From a virus, in the IMG/VR virus record IMGVR_UViG_2915168811_000001: DNA of 64,000 bases. One strand, written 5' to 3'. How positions within the stretch are numbered: the stretch's first letter is position 1; each line of letters starts with the position of its first letter. Below, piece by piece: positions 38,851-48,080 of the stretch. A program made the translations under genes and the position numbers. The notes under the pieces were generated by a model, which did no database searches, was not told where the DNA came from, and worked only from the letters and a program-made list of their open reading frames with translations.

Positions 38851-39140
38851 TGGCCAGCATGCCCCAAGCTCCGGCCACTTTCGTCGCCTGCCGGTCGTCA
38901 ATTCCTGGTGGGCAGATCACCCACCTCGTTCAACTCGACGAGAGCGGATCGAACGGCGGACGCCCGACGATGTGCGGCCTCACTCGATTTGACGATCGCG
39001 ATGAAGAGGGGTTTGCAGTCCCCCGGACCGCCGGCCTGCCCGGCTGGAGTCTCGGCGGAGGTCATTCCGGCGCCGACGTCAATCAAACCGAATGCGACGG
39101 CTGCTACTCCGCGGCCGGCGCCAGCATGGAGGGAAGCTGA
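38850..39140 (+). CDS. Hypothetical protein
   Basis: TGATG coupling. Confidence 0.55.
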   Translation: MASMPQAPATFVACRSSIPGGQITHLVQLDESGSNGGRPTMCGLTRFDDRDEEGFAVPRTAGLPGWSLGGGHSGADVNQTECDGCYSAAGASMEGS

Positions 39141-39601
39141 TGGCCACCTACGCCAAAACCACCGAGGTTTCGTCCGATAAATCGCGGCGTGAAATCGAAA
39201 CGACCCTGCAGCGGTACGGCGCCACCCATTTTGGCTACATGTCGGAGCCTGGGTTGGCGAGGATCGCGTTCCAGAGCGGGAACCGGCAGGTTCGCTTTCT
39301 GCTCCCGCTCCCGAACGAGAACGACCGCGAGTTCACCCATCACTCCAAAGGGCCGCGGACAGCTTCCGCGCGCGAGACTGCGTATGAGCAGGCAGTGAAG
39401 CAGCGCTGGCGCGCGCTCGCGCTGATCGTGAAGGCGAAGCTCGAGGCCGTGGAGTCAGGTATCGCAGAGTTCGATCAGGAGTTCTACGCGTACACGGTGC
39501 TCCCCAACGGGAGGACGGTGTACGAGGAGACCGGCGATCAGGTTGCAACGATGATTGAGGCCCGCATGCCGGGACGCCTCATGCTCGAAAGCGGTGAGTA
39601 G
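39140..39601 (+). CDS. Conserved phage/plasmid hypothetical protein
   Basis: YA..T.V...KSR.EIE..L.RYGA; WRAL.L.VKAKLEAVESGI. Confidence 0.7.
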   Translation: MATYAKTTEVSSDKSRREIETTLQRYGATHFGYMSEPGLARIAFQSGNRQVRFLLPLPNENDREFTHHSKGPRTASARETAYEQAVKQRWRALALIVKAKLEAVESGIAEFDQEFYAYTVLPNGRTVYEETGDQVATMIEARMPGRLMLESGE

Positions 39602-39603
39602 AT

Positions 39604-39924
39604 ATGGCGGATAAGTTCCTTCGCCTCGAGCGGGCTCCTCATCTCGTGCATCCCGGCAACCCCATCTGCGGAATCTGCAAAGTCAACACCACCCTGGACG
39701 ACGGATCTTGGCTGTGTGGCTCATGCGGAACCACCTGGCCGGCGGATGATCTAGAAGCGAGCTCCGAGCAGGGCTGCCTGTATGAGTACTGGGCCGGCGA
39801 GCCCCTCACCGGCCCTGTCTGCCCGCCGGAGCTCGCAGCGTCAGCGCACTTCTACTTCATGGACAAGACGCCCGAGGAGCGCGACCACTGGGTGCGAGTC
39901 ATGGCGGCGTCGGACCGCAGGTAG
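39604..39924 (+). CDS. Zn-ribbon hypothetical protein
   Basis: CGIC...CGSC. Confidence 0.6.
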   Translation: MADKFLRLERAPHLVHPGNPICGICKVNTTLDDGSWLCGSCGTTWPADDLEASSEQGCLYEYWAGEPLTGPVCPPELAASAHFYFMDKTPEERDHWVRVMAASDRR

Positions 39925-40028
39925 CTGCAGATACATGGCTGAGCTCCGTCTATGTACATCAGGGGTTCAACCCTGCAGACCGATTTCATGAGGCGAGGTT
40001 GAGGCGGAGACGCCAGCGATGAAGGGCA

Positions 40029-40040
40029 CCGCGCATACCT
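40029..40040 (+). promoter_or_regulatory. Class I box variant CCGCGCATACCT + hairpin
   Basis: GGGTTGG-ATTCA-CCGACCC. Confidence 0.72.
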
Positions 40041-40082
40041 GTAGGTGAGGGTTGGATTCACCGACCCGCCAAAGGAGCGGTC

Positions 40083-40847
40083 GTGTCGGAGAAGTCGCGT
40101 GTAAGCCGTCGACCACGCATCACCCACCGGTCCGCAGATCCCTTTGAACCCAATGGCGTCGATCAGCCTGGCCGTGTCGGCACAGCGACACTGGCGGCCG
40201 TAGCGGCGCTGTTAATCGGCGGCGCGGGCGTTGCACTGTGGGCTGCGCTGCAGCCGGCGGAGCCTATTGTGGCGCCTCTCCCTGCCAGTTAGTTTGCCCG
40301 CGAAGCAGATGCGTATGTGGCGGGAGCTGACGGCGTCCTTCCTGTGACCGTAGACACATCAGATGGTGCTGCCCCCATGTCTGTCTCGGACATGGGGCCG
40401 AACACTGTGTTCATCCCCGCTCTTGGCGTCTACATGCCCGTCCAAGCTGACTCCACATTTGTTGCGAGCCAGTACGACGGCTTCACCACTATTCAGGTCC
40501 CCGAGGACCCCTTCCAGGCCGTGCGCTACGCCGGCGGCGGGCAGATGGTGGGCGGCGACACCGGTACCACTCTGATCGCAGCGCATGTCAGCACCTCTAG
40601 TGGATGGGGTGCACTACGCAACCTGCATCAGCTTGAAGGCGGCGAAGTCATCTACACCTCTGACGGGCAAGGCAGCAGTCAGGCCTGGCAAGTCACAGCG
40701 ATGCGAGTGGAGCAGCACACCGACTTCCCGCAGGAGTACTGGTCGCCGGACGGCCCGAGGCGTCTCGTCGTGACGACGTGCGGTGGCCCGGTTAATCAGC
40801 AGGGTCAGTTCGCTCAAAACATCTTTGTGGAGGCGGTGCCTATGTGA
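40083..40847 (+). pseudogene. Class F-like sortase interrupted by an in-frame TAG
   Basis: TM anchor (40083-40292) and catalytic part (IAAHV, LVVTTCGG) are in the same frame, with TAG at 40290-40292. Confidence 0.75.
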
Positions 40848-40963
40848 CTCAGCCGCGGCTTCACATCTCAGCGAGGCAGACCTTACCCACGTTTTACCCG
40901 AACAGCCCCAATACCGAGGAACCCGCCGAGCGCAGTTCCAGAAACTCAAGGAGGAAGCCACAC

Positions 40964-42298
40964 ATGGCCGCCCAAAACCATTCACCCGTCGCGACGCCGC
41001 AAGCTCGCGGATGGCTCAAGAAGACCATTGCCACGTTAGCGTTGACCGTGATCGCATCAGCGAGCCTCACCCTACCTGCAGCGTCAGCGCACGCAGCAGG
41101 AATCGACATCGAGAACCTGCCGGCTCCAACGCTTGCACCTTCGAGCGCTTGTGGTGCGGGGGCCGAGCAGTTGGTGCTCCCCGAAGTCGAGGGTGTCCGG
41201 TACGAGATGTCCTACAACTTCGCGCAAAGCGCCTTCTTCGAACCTGGAGCCCAAATCCGTGTAGTAGCTGTCGACGCAGTCACCGGTGAACGCCTGGTCC
41301 CATACAGCGAAGGTGAAAGCCTGGGTCGCTGGTTACTACAGACCCCGAAACTCTGTGTCGAAGAGCTTCCCTGGGTCCCCGAGGCCATCCCCAGCGCCGG
41401 CGGAGAGTGCGGTGTTGCCGGGACACTGCCGAAGCCGCCTCGGTCGTTCACAAGATTGGCCCCCGAATCGGGTCCGGACTGGGAAGAAAAGGGTATCTGG
41501 GAAGCGAACTTGCCCCATCCCGCCTGGACAGTCACGGACGTCGTGAACGGTGATGACGACAAGCCGATCTCAGGGACGTTCACCGCTAAGTCGAACTCCT
41601 TCTTCCCGGCCTACGTGTTCGCCCCAGATCTGCAGCTGGTGTTCAACATTGATGCGACGGCCACTCCGTGCGCACCTGCAGCTGTCGAAGTGACACCTCA
41701 AGCCCCCTGGTTGAACCCCGCGCTTGCCTGTGGGACCGAGGACACTGTGTTTATCCCCACCACGGAGGGTGTGCTGTACACCCAGACCCGTGAAGGCAGT
41801 GTCGTCATGGTCACAGCGACAGCAGAGGACGGTTACGTGCTGAAGGATGGAGCGGAGGCAACTTGGACGTTCACGCTGAGCATGATGGATGATTGCGGCA
41901 CTGTCACGAGCCCCTTCATCCCGCAGCTGGTGCCTGCAGAGCAGTGCGGCGTCGAAGCCACTGTGGTCACCCAGGCAGCAGAAGGTGTGATCTACACCCA
42001 CGCCCATGACGGAAACGTCGAGACCGTTGTTGCTACCCCCGCCGAGGGATTCATCTTCCCTCCCGGCACTGCTCACGAGTGGAGCTTTGAGATCCCCGCG
42101 ATCGAAGAGTGCCCGCCTAGCGAGCCGGAGGTAACCCCTTCCGTACCGGACGCAGATCCGGTCACAGAAGATAAGGGTGCAGTGACCGGCGAAGCGGTTG
42201 CCGCGAAATCAAACGCCGTCCTGTTCGGTGGCGCCGGAGCAGTCATGCTTGCCGGAGCTGTCGGCGCCCTCATGCTTCTTCGTCGACGCATGAGCTAG
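40964..42298 (+). CDS. Secreted surface-anchored protein
   Basis: Signal peptide (AHA), repeated EGV.Y modules, AVTG + TM + RRR tail. Confidence 0.8.
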   Translation: MAAQNHSPVATPQARGWLKKTIATLALTVIASASLTLPAASAHAAGIDIENLPAPTLAPSSACGAGAEQLVLPEVEGVRYEMSYNFAQSAFFEPGAQIRVVAVDAVTGERLVPYSEGESLGRWLLQTPKLCVEELPWVPEAIPSAGGECGVAGTLPKPPRSFTRLAPESGPDWEEKGIWEANLPHPAWTVTDVVNGDDDKPISGTFTAKSNSFFPAYVFAPDLQLVFNIDATATPCAPAAVEVTPQAPWLNPALACGTEDTVFIPTTEGVLYTQTREGSVVMVTATAEDGYVLKDGAEATWTFTLSMMDDCGTVTSPFIPQLVPAEQCGVEATVVTQAAEGVIYTHAHDGNVETVVATPAEGFIFPPGTAHEWSFEIPAIEECPPSEPEVTPSVPDADPVTEDKGAVTGEAVAAKSNAVLFGGAGAVMLAGAVGALMLLRRRMS

Positions 42299-42306
42299 TT
42301 CCATCG

Positions 42307-42350
42307 CAGAGAAATGAGGCTGCGGGTTATCTCGTAGCCTCATTTCTCTG
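42307..42350 (+). terminator. Intrinsic terminator-like hairpin
   Basis: CAGAGAAATGAGGCT...AGCCTCATTTCTCTG. Confidence 0.8.
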
Positions 42351-42399
42351 TGTGCCCAGTGCGCTCGAATGCCGCGTCACGCGCTCCGTGCGCCGTGCG

Positions 42400-42411
42400 C
42401 CGCGCATTACT
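42400..42411 (+). promoter_or_regulatory. Class I box variant CCGCGCATTACT + hairpin
   Basis: GGGCGC-ACGGA-GCGTCC, SD AAGGAG. Confidence 0.72.
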
Positions 42412-42450
42412 GATGGCCCCGGGCGCACGGAGCGTCCAGCAAGGAGAATC

Positions 42451-42696
42451 ATGCGCACTACTTCAGCAGCTCAGCAAGTCCTGGAGAGTCCCCCGACGGA
42501 CGTCGCCACGCATCGCACCGTGTCCCCACCGAACCAACGTGTCATGGTCAGCGAAGAGGCCGTGCACGAACTCGCACGGATGTTGTATCTCGACGCTACA
42601 TTCGAAGACGGGTTGGACACCTCAATGCATCGCGATCGCTGGCTTGCAAAAGCCCGCGCCATGCTGCTCACCCTCGCCCATAAGTTCGGTGCGTAA
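42451..42696 (+). CDS. Hypothetical protein
   Basis: SD AAGGAG; follows box. Confidence 0.6.
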   Translation: MRTTSAAQQVLESPPTDVATHRTVSPPNQRVMVSEEAVHELARMLYLDATFEDGLDTSMHRDRWLAKARAMLLTLAHKFGA

Positions 42697-42775
42697 AACT
42701 GGTCTGCGTGCCGGCAGCTGGGCGATACCGTCTCGAATGCCTGCAGGCTCCCCCAGCGCTCGCCCAGGTGACCCC

Positions 42776-42961
42776 GTGACTGAGTTGCTGCGCCAGAGAG
42801 TCGTTACTGCGCGAAAGGAGCACCCCTGTTCCAGCTGTGACGGTGTGGCTGCCGTCGTGGGTGAGAGGTACTCACGGGCGACCTACGTTTCCGACGGACA
42901 CATCTTCGATTGGGTGCAGTGCGAACCCTGCATTCGGGTTTACGGCAAGGTTCGGGAATAG
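42776..42961 (+). CDS. Small Zn-finger protein, possibly prematurely stopped
   Basis: TARKEHPCSSC...CEPC; the frame stays open after the TAG until 43117. Confidence 0.5.
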   Translation: MTELLRQRVVTARKEHPCSSCDGVAAVVGERYSRATYVSDGHIFDWVQCEPCIRVYGKVRE

Positions 42962-43107
42962 TCCTCCGCGGCCGACAGCGTTCGCCGCGACGTTCACTCT
43001 GAGCGGGCTCATGACACCGTAGCCACGGACCCGGATGCCCTGGCGTGGCAGTTGCGCAGTGCGGCGGAGCAGGGGCTGCGGAACAAGGTGCGCTCGGCGA
43101 ATTCGCG

Positions 43108-43119
43108 CCGCGCATGACT
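43108..43119 (+). promoter_or_regulatory. Class I box variant CCGCGCATGACT + hairpin
   Basis: GGCCGC-ACAGG-GTGGCC. Confidence 0.72.
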
Positions 43120-43158
43120 GTGTGCGAGGGCCGCACAGGGTGGCCGCGAGAGGTACAT

Positions 43159-43425
43159 ATGAGCACCAGCACCAGCACCGAGACCACCAGCACTATTGAG
43201 CTGCTTCCTGATCTGGAGGGGTACGTGCACGGCATCGTCAACCTGGACCCGCCGACCGTGCAGTGCGACGGATGCGGAAAGACGCACACCGAGGCGACGC
43301 TGAACCTGGCTATCATCACGTCTCGGATCCTGTTCCTTCCGCGCCGCTACGCCGAAGATCAGCGACGCATGTGCGACAGCTGCTGGGATGCTGCCGGTTA
43401 CCCGCGCGAGCTTCGTAAGGCGTAA
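43159..43425 (+). CDS. Small Zn-finger protein
   Basis: CDGC...CDSC; SD GAGG. Confidence 0.6.
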   Translation: MSTSTSTETTSTIELLPDLEGYVHGIVNLDPPTVQCDGCGKTHTEATLNLAIITSRILFLPRRYAEDQRRMCDSCWDAAGYPRELRKA

Positions 43426-44760
43426 CCGACTACACGGCTTCACTAAAGCGCGGTCGATCCCCTGATGGGTGATTGGCCGCGCTTTAGTGTGTTCGGGCCA
43501 CAACGCCAGGCGCCTGGGCCGGAGAGTCCTGCACCTGGGCTGCAGGGCCGTGTAACGCGTCGGCGTTGGCGCGCGGAGGGGTGTGTGAGTGCTGCTCCCC
43601 CGCCGACTACTGAGGCTCACGACCCCGCTGGCCAGCTCGATGAAGTGGTGTCAAGCGAGCTGCGCGGCCGTATTTCTCTGCCCGGGGATTTGTTGCGCAG
43701 CTTTGGAGACAGTTGTTTGGAGGCAGTCAGGAGCTTCAGTTTCACTCCGAAATGAGTCGGGTAGGCATCCGCTGAAGGTCAATTTGGTACCCCGAAGTCG
43801 AGTCAGATTCAGGGCGAATTTTGCTGCCTCGGGGCTCCCGAATGCGTGAAAAATTTCGGTCGATTTGGGGTATAAGAAGATGGTGCGCAGGTTCGAATGA
43901 GCACCTCAAGTTCGAATTTCGGTCGCCATTTCGGGTCGGAAGGTGCAGCGAAAAGGGCCGAGACGCGACGTCCGGGACGTCCTTGGATGCATCGATGACT
44001 CTATCGCGAGTGATTTTGAGGCCTCGCCAGTCCCGCGAACCCTCAAGGTGGGGTTGAGGCTTTTGCTCTCGCGCTCAGAATCTGGCCAAAGTTGATGATT
44101 CAATCAAAAAAGGTTTAGGCTGAAAACCTGCGTAGTCTTGGTTTTCAGCCTATCGCCGATTTTGGGTTTGTCAAGTCGGGAAAACGTGGCCAGCTTCTGG
44201 ATGACTTCAGGGTCGTTTATGGCCAGCTTTTTTGGCCAACTTCCGCTCTATGACTGGATTTGGACAGGTTCGCCGGTTTGGACACACTCAAAGTGTGTGC
44301 GTATGTGTGCGTATGTGTGCGTATGTGTGTGTATGTGTGTGTGCACCCCCTTATCTATCTATCTATTAAAGAAATAGATATATAAGTTGGCATCTTGGCC
44401 GCGCCCTACTCCCGTAAGGGATCAAGGGAGGCCACAAGGGTGCCCAGTGCCTGGCCAGACTGGCCACAAACCACCAAAACCCCGGAATTCCGCGGATCTT
44501 CAATTTTCACGCCGATTTTCGCCCCGCCGAGCCTGAAGTGCGCTCCACACGCCCGCTGACGATCGTTGGCCCCACCTCGGCAGCTCGATCTCGGATCACC
44601 GATTTACGTCTTTGGCGACCCCGGCTGACGTCAGGGTCGCTGCCGGGATTATCTGTCTTGCGAGGTGTGCGCAACGGGGCTCTCGGCCTTGAGTTCGCAA
44701 GTCCTTGAATCTGGGAAATTGCTGGGAGTGGTTGCCAAACCGGGTCATGAGCTGATTTCG
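43426..44760. other. Non-coding origin-like region (oriV, oriT or centromere candidate)
   Basis: Lower GC, 13-bp IR at 44116-44152, repeated TGGCCA(RCTT), 10-bp tandem repeat, AT-rich tract at 44351-44385. Confidence 0.55.
44293..44344 (+). repeat. Tandem 10-bp repeat (GTATGTGTGY)n
   Basis: About five units visible. Confidence 0.9.
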
Positions 44761-44772
44761 CCGCACATATGC
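44761..44772 (+). promoter_or_regulatory. Class II box CCGCACATA, leaderless
   Basis: CCGCACAT + 10 nt + ATG at 44779. Confidence 0.7.
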
Positions 44773-44778
44773 CAACAC

Positions 44779-45888
44779 ATGAGCAACTCGCGCCAGGACC
44801 CGCCCCGCCACGATCGCGGCAGCAAAGTTGCCGGTCAGAGTGCCGGCGGCCGCTACAAAGATCACATCCGCACCGCCGCGTCGCTCATGTACTCCGACGC
44901 TGAAGGTGCGAGCGAACAGCGCAATGCGATCCTCGCGCGGCTCGCGCAGACCGGCTCAGTGCCAGCAACTACGGTCGAATCCGCGACCGACCCGAAATTC
45001 ACCGACGGCATCGATGTGTGGTGGTCCCAGCACTTCGAGCGCATGGAGCAGCCGCCCGAAGGCAAAGCGTTCAAGATCATGCCGGACGACTACACGCCGA
45101 AGGAAACCGGTGGGCTCGCCCTCTCCGGCAAGCGGCGCACGCATCGCATTCGGTACTCGGGCGCCGGCGTCGAACTCCGCATGCCGTCAGCCACCTCGAT
45201 CCGCCGATTCTCCGCCGAGAACGGCAAGCGATCCTTTGATGTGCCGATCGAGCTCGAGCACGGCGGCGGCAAAGTCTCCGGGTTCGTGCGCGTCACGCAA
45301 GGTGCCGCTGGCGTCTGGGATGTCCAGGCGCTGAACTTCCCCGGGCAGGCCGGTGGCCGCGCCGCCGAGGCCGTCGCTGCAGTGCTTGAAGCTCGCCGGC
45401 CGTCCCTGGCTCTTCGCGATGCGGAGCGCCAGTACGAAGCGCAGCGAATCGCCGTCGCGAAGGGCGTGAACCTCCCAACTGCCACCGGGGCGTCAGCACT
45501 GCACCAGCGTCGCATCAACCGCACCTCGCGCGCTGGCGTCGAGCTGAAGGCTCCGCGGGTGCCGTCCGCGGTCGTGACCGGTGGCGCGTACGACCACGGC
45601 ACCAACACGATGATGGTCCGCCTCGGTAAACGCACGTACGGCTACCAGGTCGACCCGAAGGTGTTTCGCGAAGTCATGGGTTCCGGAGCGCCGGGGCGCG
45701 CGTACAACGAGCTCGTGAAAAACCGCAGCAAGCGGGTGGAACTCAAGCACTGCAACAAATGCTCGCGGTGGTCGCACGGCGCTGTTCGCCACGCCTGCCC
45801 GGCGAAACCGAAGACGACCGGCACCCAGGATGCGTTCCGTTCCAGCGTCGCCACGATGCTGCTCAGCACGCTGAAAAAGGCCGCGTAA
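44779..45888 (+). CDS. N-terminally tagged protein with KTSC-like domain and Zn finger
   Basis: Tag RHDRGSKVAGQSAGGRYKDHIR; S.....AYD....M.V.....Y.Y.V....F.......PGR.YN..VK; CNKC..H.C. Confidence 0.7.
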   Translation: MSNSRQDPPRHDRGSKVAGQSAGGRYKDHIRTAASLMYSDAEGASEQRNAILARLAQTGSVPATTVESATDPKFTDGIDVWWSQHFERMEQPPEGKAFKIMPDDYTPKETGGLALSGKRRTHRIRYSGAGVELRMPSATSIRRFSAENGKRSFDVPIELEHGGGKVSGFVRVTQGAAGVWDVQALNFPGQAGGRAAEAVAAVLEARRPSLALRDAERQYEAQRIAVAKGVNLPTATGASALHQRRINRTSRAGVELKAPRVPSAVVTGGAYDHGTNTMMVRLGKRTYGYQVDPKVFREVMGSGAPGRAYNELVKNRSKRVELKHCNKCSRWSHGAVRHACPAKPKTTGTQDAFRSSVATMLLSTLKKAA

Positions 45889-45904
45889 CCATTTTCGATG
45901 AGCA

Positions 45905-45916
45905 CCGCGCATCACT
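45905..45916 (+). promoter_or_regulatory. Class I box + hairpin upstream of ssb
   Basis: TGAGC...GCTCA stem. Confidence 0.72.
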
Positions 45917-45983
45917 AAACCTGAGCAGCAATCCCGCCGCTCACCTCCAGCCGGAGAAACGAATCAAACTCAAGGAGAATAAA

Positions 45984-46682
45984 ATGGCTGGCCGTACCCC
46001 CATCACAATCGTTGGCAACATCACCGAGGACCCCAAGCTGCTTTTCACGCAGGCCGGTGTCGCGATCGTCAACCTCACGGTTGCGCACACCCCGAGCCAC
46101 TTCGACAAGAGCACGAACTCCTGGGTTGATGAGCCCACCACCTTCATGCCCGTCAAGGCGTTCCGTGAGCTGGCTCAGCACGCAGGCGCTTCGTTCACGA
46201 AGGGTTCCCGCGTCGTCGTCACCGGCGATCTGAAGACCGAGACGTGGCAGGCGAAGGACGTCAACAACCAGCTGATGGTTGACCCGAACGGCCAGCCGGT
46301 GATGCGCAGCAAGGTCGTCATCGAGGCGGAGGACATCGGCGGCAGCGTCCGTTACGGCACGATCACCGGGTTTCAGAAGGCGGCCCCGAACACTGGAGCA
46401 GCTGCTCCGGTGGCTCAGGCGGCTCCGCAGGGCCAGGTGATGCAGCCGCAGGGCCAGCCGGTCCAGCAGTTCGCTCCGCAGGGCCAGCCCCAGCAGCAGC
46501 AGCAGTTCACCCAGCAGGCTCCGCAGGGCCAGCCGGTCCAGCAGTTCGCGCAGCAGGCTCCGCAGGGCCAGCCCCAGCAGCAGTTCGCTCCGCAGGGCCA
46601 GCCGATCCAGCAGGGTCAGCCTGTCGCCGCGGGCGTCCAGGGTCAGCCTGCCGCTCCGGGCCTGTCGGACCTCGCTTTCTAG
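45984..46682 (+). CDS. ssb: Single-stranded DNA-binding protein with Gln-rich tail
   Basis: ITIVGNITEDP, KGSRVVVTG; QAPQGQP repeats; DLAF tip. Confidence 0.93.
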   Translation: MAGRTPITIVGNITEDPKLLFTQAGVAIVNLTVAHTPSHFDKSTNSWVDEPTTFMPVKAFRELAQHAGASFTKGSRVVVTGDLKTETWQAKDVNNQLMVDPNGQPVMRSKVVIEAEDIGGSVRYGTITGFQKAAPNTGAAAPVAQAAPQGQVMQPQGQPVQQFAPQGQPQQQQQFTQQAPQGQPVQQFAQQAPQGQPQQQFAPQGQPIQQGQPVAAGVQGQPAAPGLSDLAF

Positions 46683-46697
46683 GGAGACCCGACATTT

Positions 46698-46733
46698 CGA
46701 CCCCGCCAGCTTCTCCGGAGGCTGGCGGGGTCG
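46698..46733 (+). terminator. GC-rich hairpin after ssb
   Basis: CGACCCCGCCAGC...GCTGGCGGGGTCG. Confidence 0.75.
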
Positions 46734-46746
46734 TCCCCGTTTCCCC

Positions 46747-46760
46747 GGATCGCATGTGTG
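46747..46760 (+). promoter_or_regulatory. tra-region motif GGATCGYATGTGTG, copy 1
   Basis: Also at 51097 and 52448; all three are intergenic. Confidence 0.65.
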
Positions 46761-46793
46761 TGAGTGAACGACAGATTTCCTGAAAGGACCGCA

Positions 46794-47660
46794 ATGGGCG
46801 AGCAGCCGATCCGCCTTCGAGCAGGGGCAGTAACGCGAGCGCGATATGCTTTCGCGTCGAAAACGGGGCGCACCGTGCTCGCGTTCACCGTTGTCGCCGC
46901 ACTGTCCGCTGGTGCCGCCTGGCAGTGGCCAGTCGTTGAGCGCGCGTTCTACGACGTCACAGGTCTCCAGTCCCCTCAAGAGGTCGCCGAACGGGAGGAG
47001 CGCGCTGTTTCCGCGTCCCGCCTCGAAATGATGATCGAAGAGGCGGTAGGGGTTGAGCTCGAAGGCACTTCGGTCGATACGGTGAAGAAGAGCTTCGCTG
47101 AGCTGCAGAAGGAAATCACTCACGCACGTGCAGAACTGAAAGCGCGCACGACCGCCTCAGAACTTGATGACGCGCGCCGCACGCTGTCGGCAGCTCTGGA
47201 CACTCATGAACGCGCAGTGGTTGACGCCGCAGCTGCGAAGAAGAAAGCAGACGACGAAGCCGCTGCTGCACTTGCCGCTCAGCAAGCGGCGGACGCCGCA
47301 GCCGCTCAGGCAGCCGCCGAGGCAGCTGCAGCTACGGCTGCCCAGGGTGGAGGTGTCAGCCAAGGCGGCGGCGGCGGAAACCCAGGTGGTGGTGGCGGTG
47401 GCGGCGGCGGCGCGCCTGCCGCTCCCCCAGCAAGCACCACACGAGCCACGCAGAGCCTGTCAATGACCTGCTCGGGCAGCGAATCAGTGACAGTGTCCGC
47501 GAACGGCGGAGGCAACGTCGTCGTCACCGCAAACGGGGTGTCCTCATCTGGAGCTGGAAGCGCCTCCGTGACTGTGCAGGTTTCAGGTGCCCTGAACGCT
47601 ACGGCGTCCGGTGACGGCAGCGTCTCGATCTTCGCCTCGGCGACGTACACCTGCAGGTGA
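46794..47660 (+). CDS. Membrane-anchored coiled-coil, Gly-rich protein
   Basis: N-terminal TM, Ala-rich coil, poly-Gly linker. Confidence 0.7.
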   Translation: MGEQPIRLRAGAVTRARYAFASKTGRTVLAFTVVAALSAGAAWQWPVVERAFYDVTGLQSPQEVAEREERAVSASRLEMMIEEAVGVELEGTSVDTVKKSFAELQKEITHARAELKARTTASELDDARRTLSAALDTHERAVVDAAAAKKKADDEAAAALAAQQAADAAAAQAAAEAAAATAAQGGGVSQGGGGGNPGGGGGGGGGAPAAPPASTTRATQSLSMTCSGSESVTVSANGGGNVVVTANGVSSSGAGSASVTVQVSGALNATASGDGSVSIFASATYTCR

Positions 47661-48079
47661 TCGACATGGATCAGGTCATCGCTACCCTCCCCGACGGATG
47701 GCAGTTCGTCCTCGGGGCAATCATCGTGCTCGGTATCCTGTTCCGCCGCCGCGGGACATCCAACAAGGACCCTAAGAGAGCGTTCGACAGTGAGCAGCGC
47801 AGAAAAGGCTTCGCGCTCGCGTCCTCCCAATGCGAGATGAGTACGCCGTGGATGACCAGATGCACCGCAACCGCATCCCACGCCGATCACTTCTACCCGC
47901 ACGCCAAAGGCGGAGCCTCGTCAATGATGAACCTCGTTGCCGCGTGCGCGCCGCACAACCTCTCCAAAGGAGCGAAGCTGCCATCCGCGGTCGACCGCGC
48001 GCTGATCTCCGCCCGCCGCCGCAACTACTTCCCCGCCGATCTCGAGCGCAAGCCCGGCGAATGGTACCGAGGGGTATGA
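47657..48079 (+). CDS. Membrane-anchored HNH endonuclease
   Basis: N-terminal TM; ADHFYPHAKGG...NLVAACAPHNLSKG. Confidence 0.8.
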   Translation: MIDMDQVIATLPDGWQFVLGAIIVLGILFRRRGTSNKDPKRAFDSEQRRKGFALASSQCEMSTPWMTRCTATASHADHFYPHAKGGASSMMNLVAACAPHNLSKGAKLPSAVDRALISARRRNYFPADLERKPGEWYRGV

Positions 48080-48080
48080 C

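Noticed and set aside
40290-42961. Systematic TAG recoding (stops at 40290 and 42959 both look premature)
   Set aside because: Many clear genes end normally in TAG (umuC, the DarB-like gene, ssb, the VirB4-like gene), so point mutation or sequencing error is more likely
44138-44377. 79-aa ORF with CVCM repeats
   Set aside because: Translation artefact of the 10-bp tandem repeat in a non-coding region
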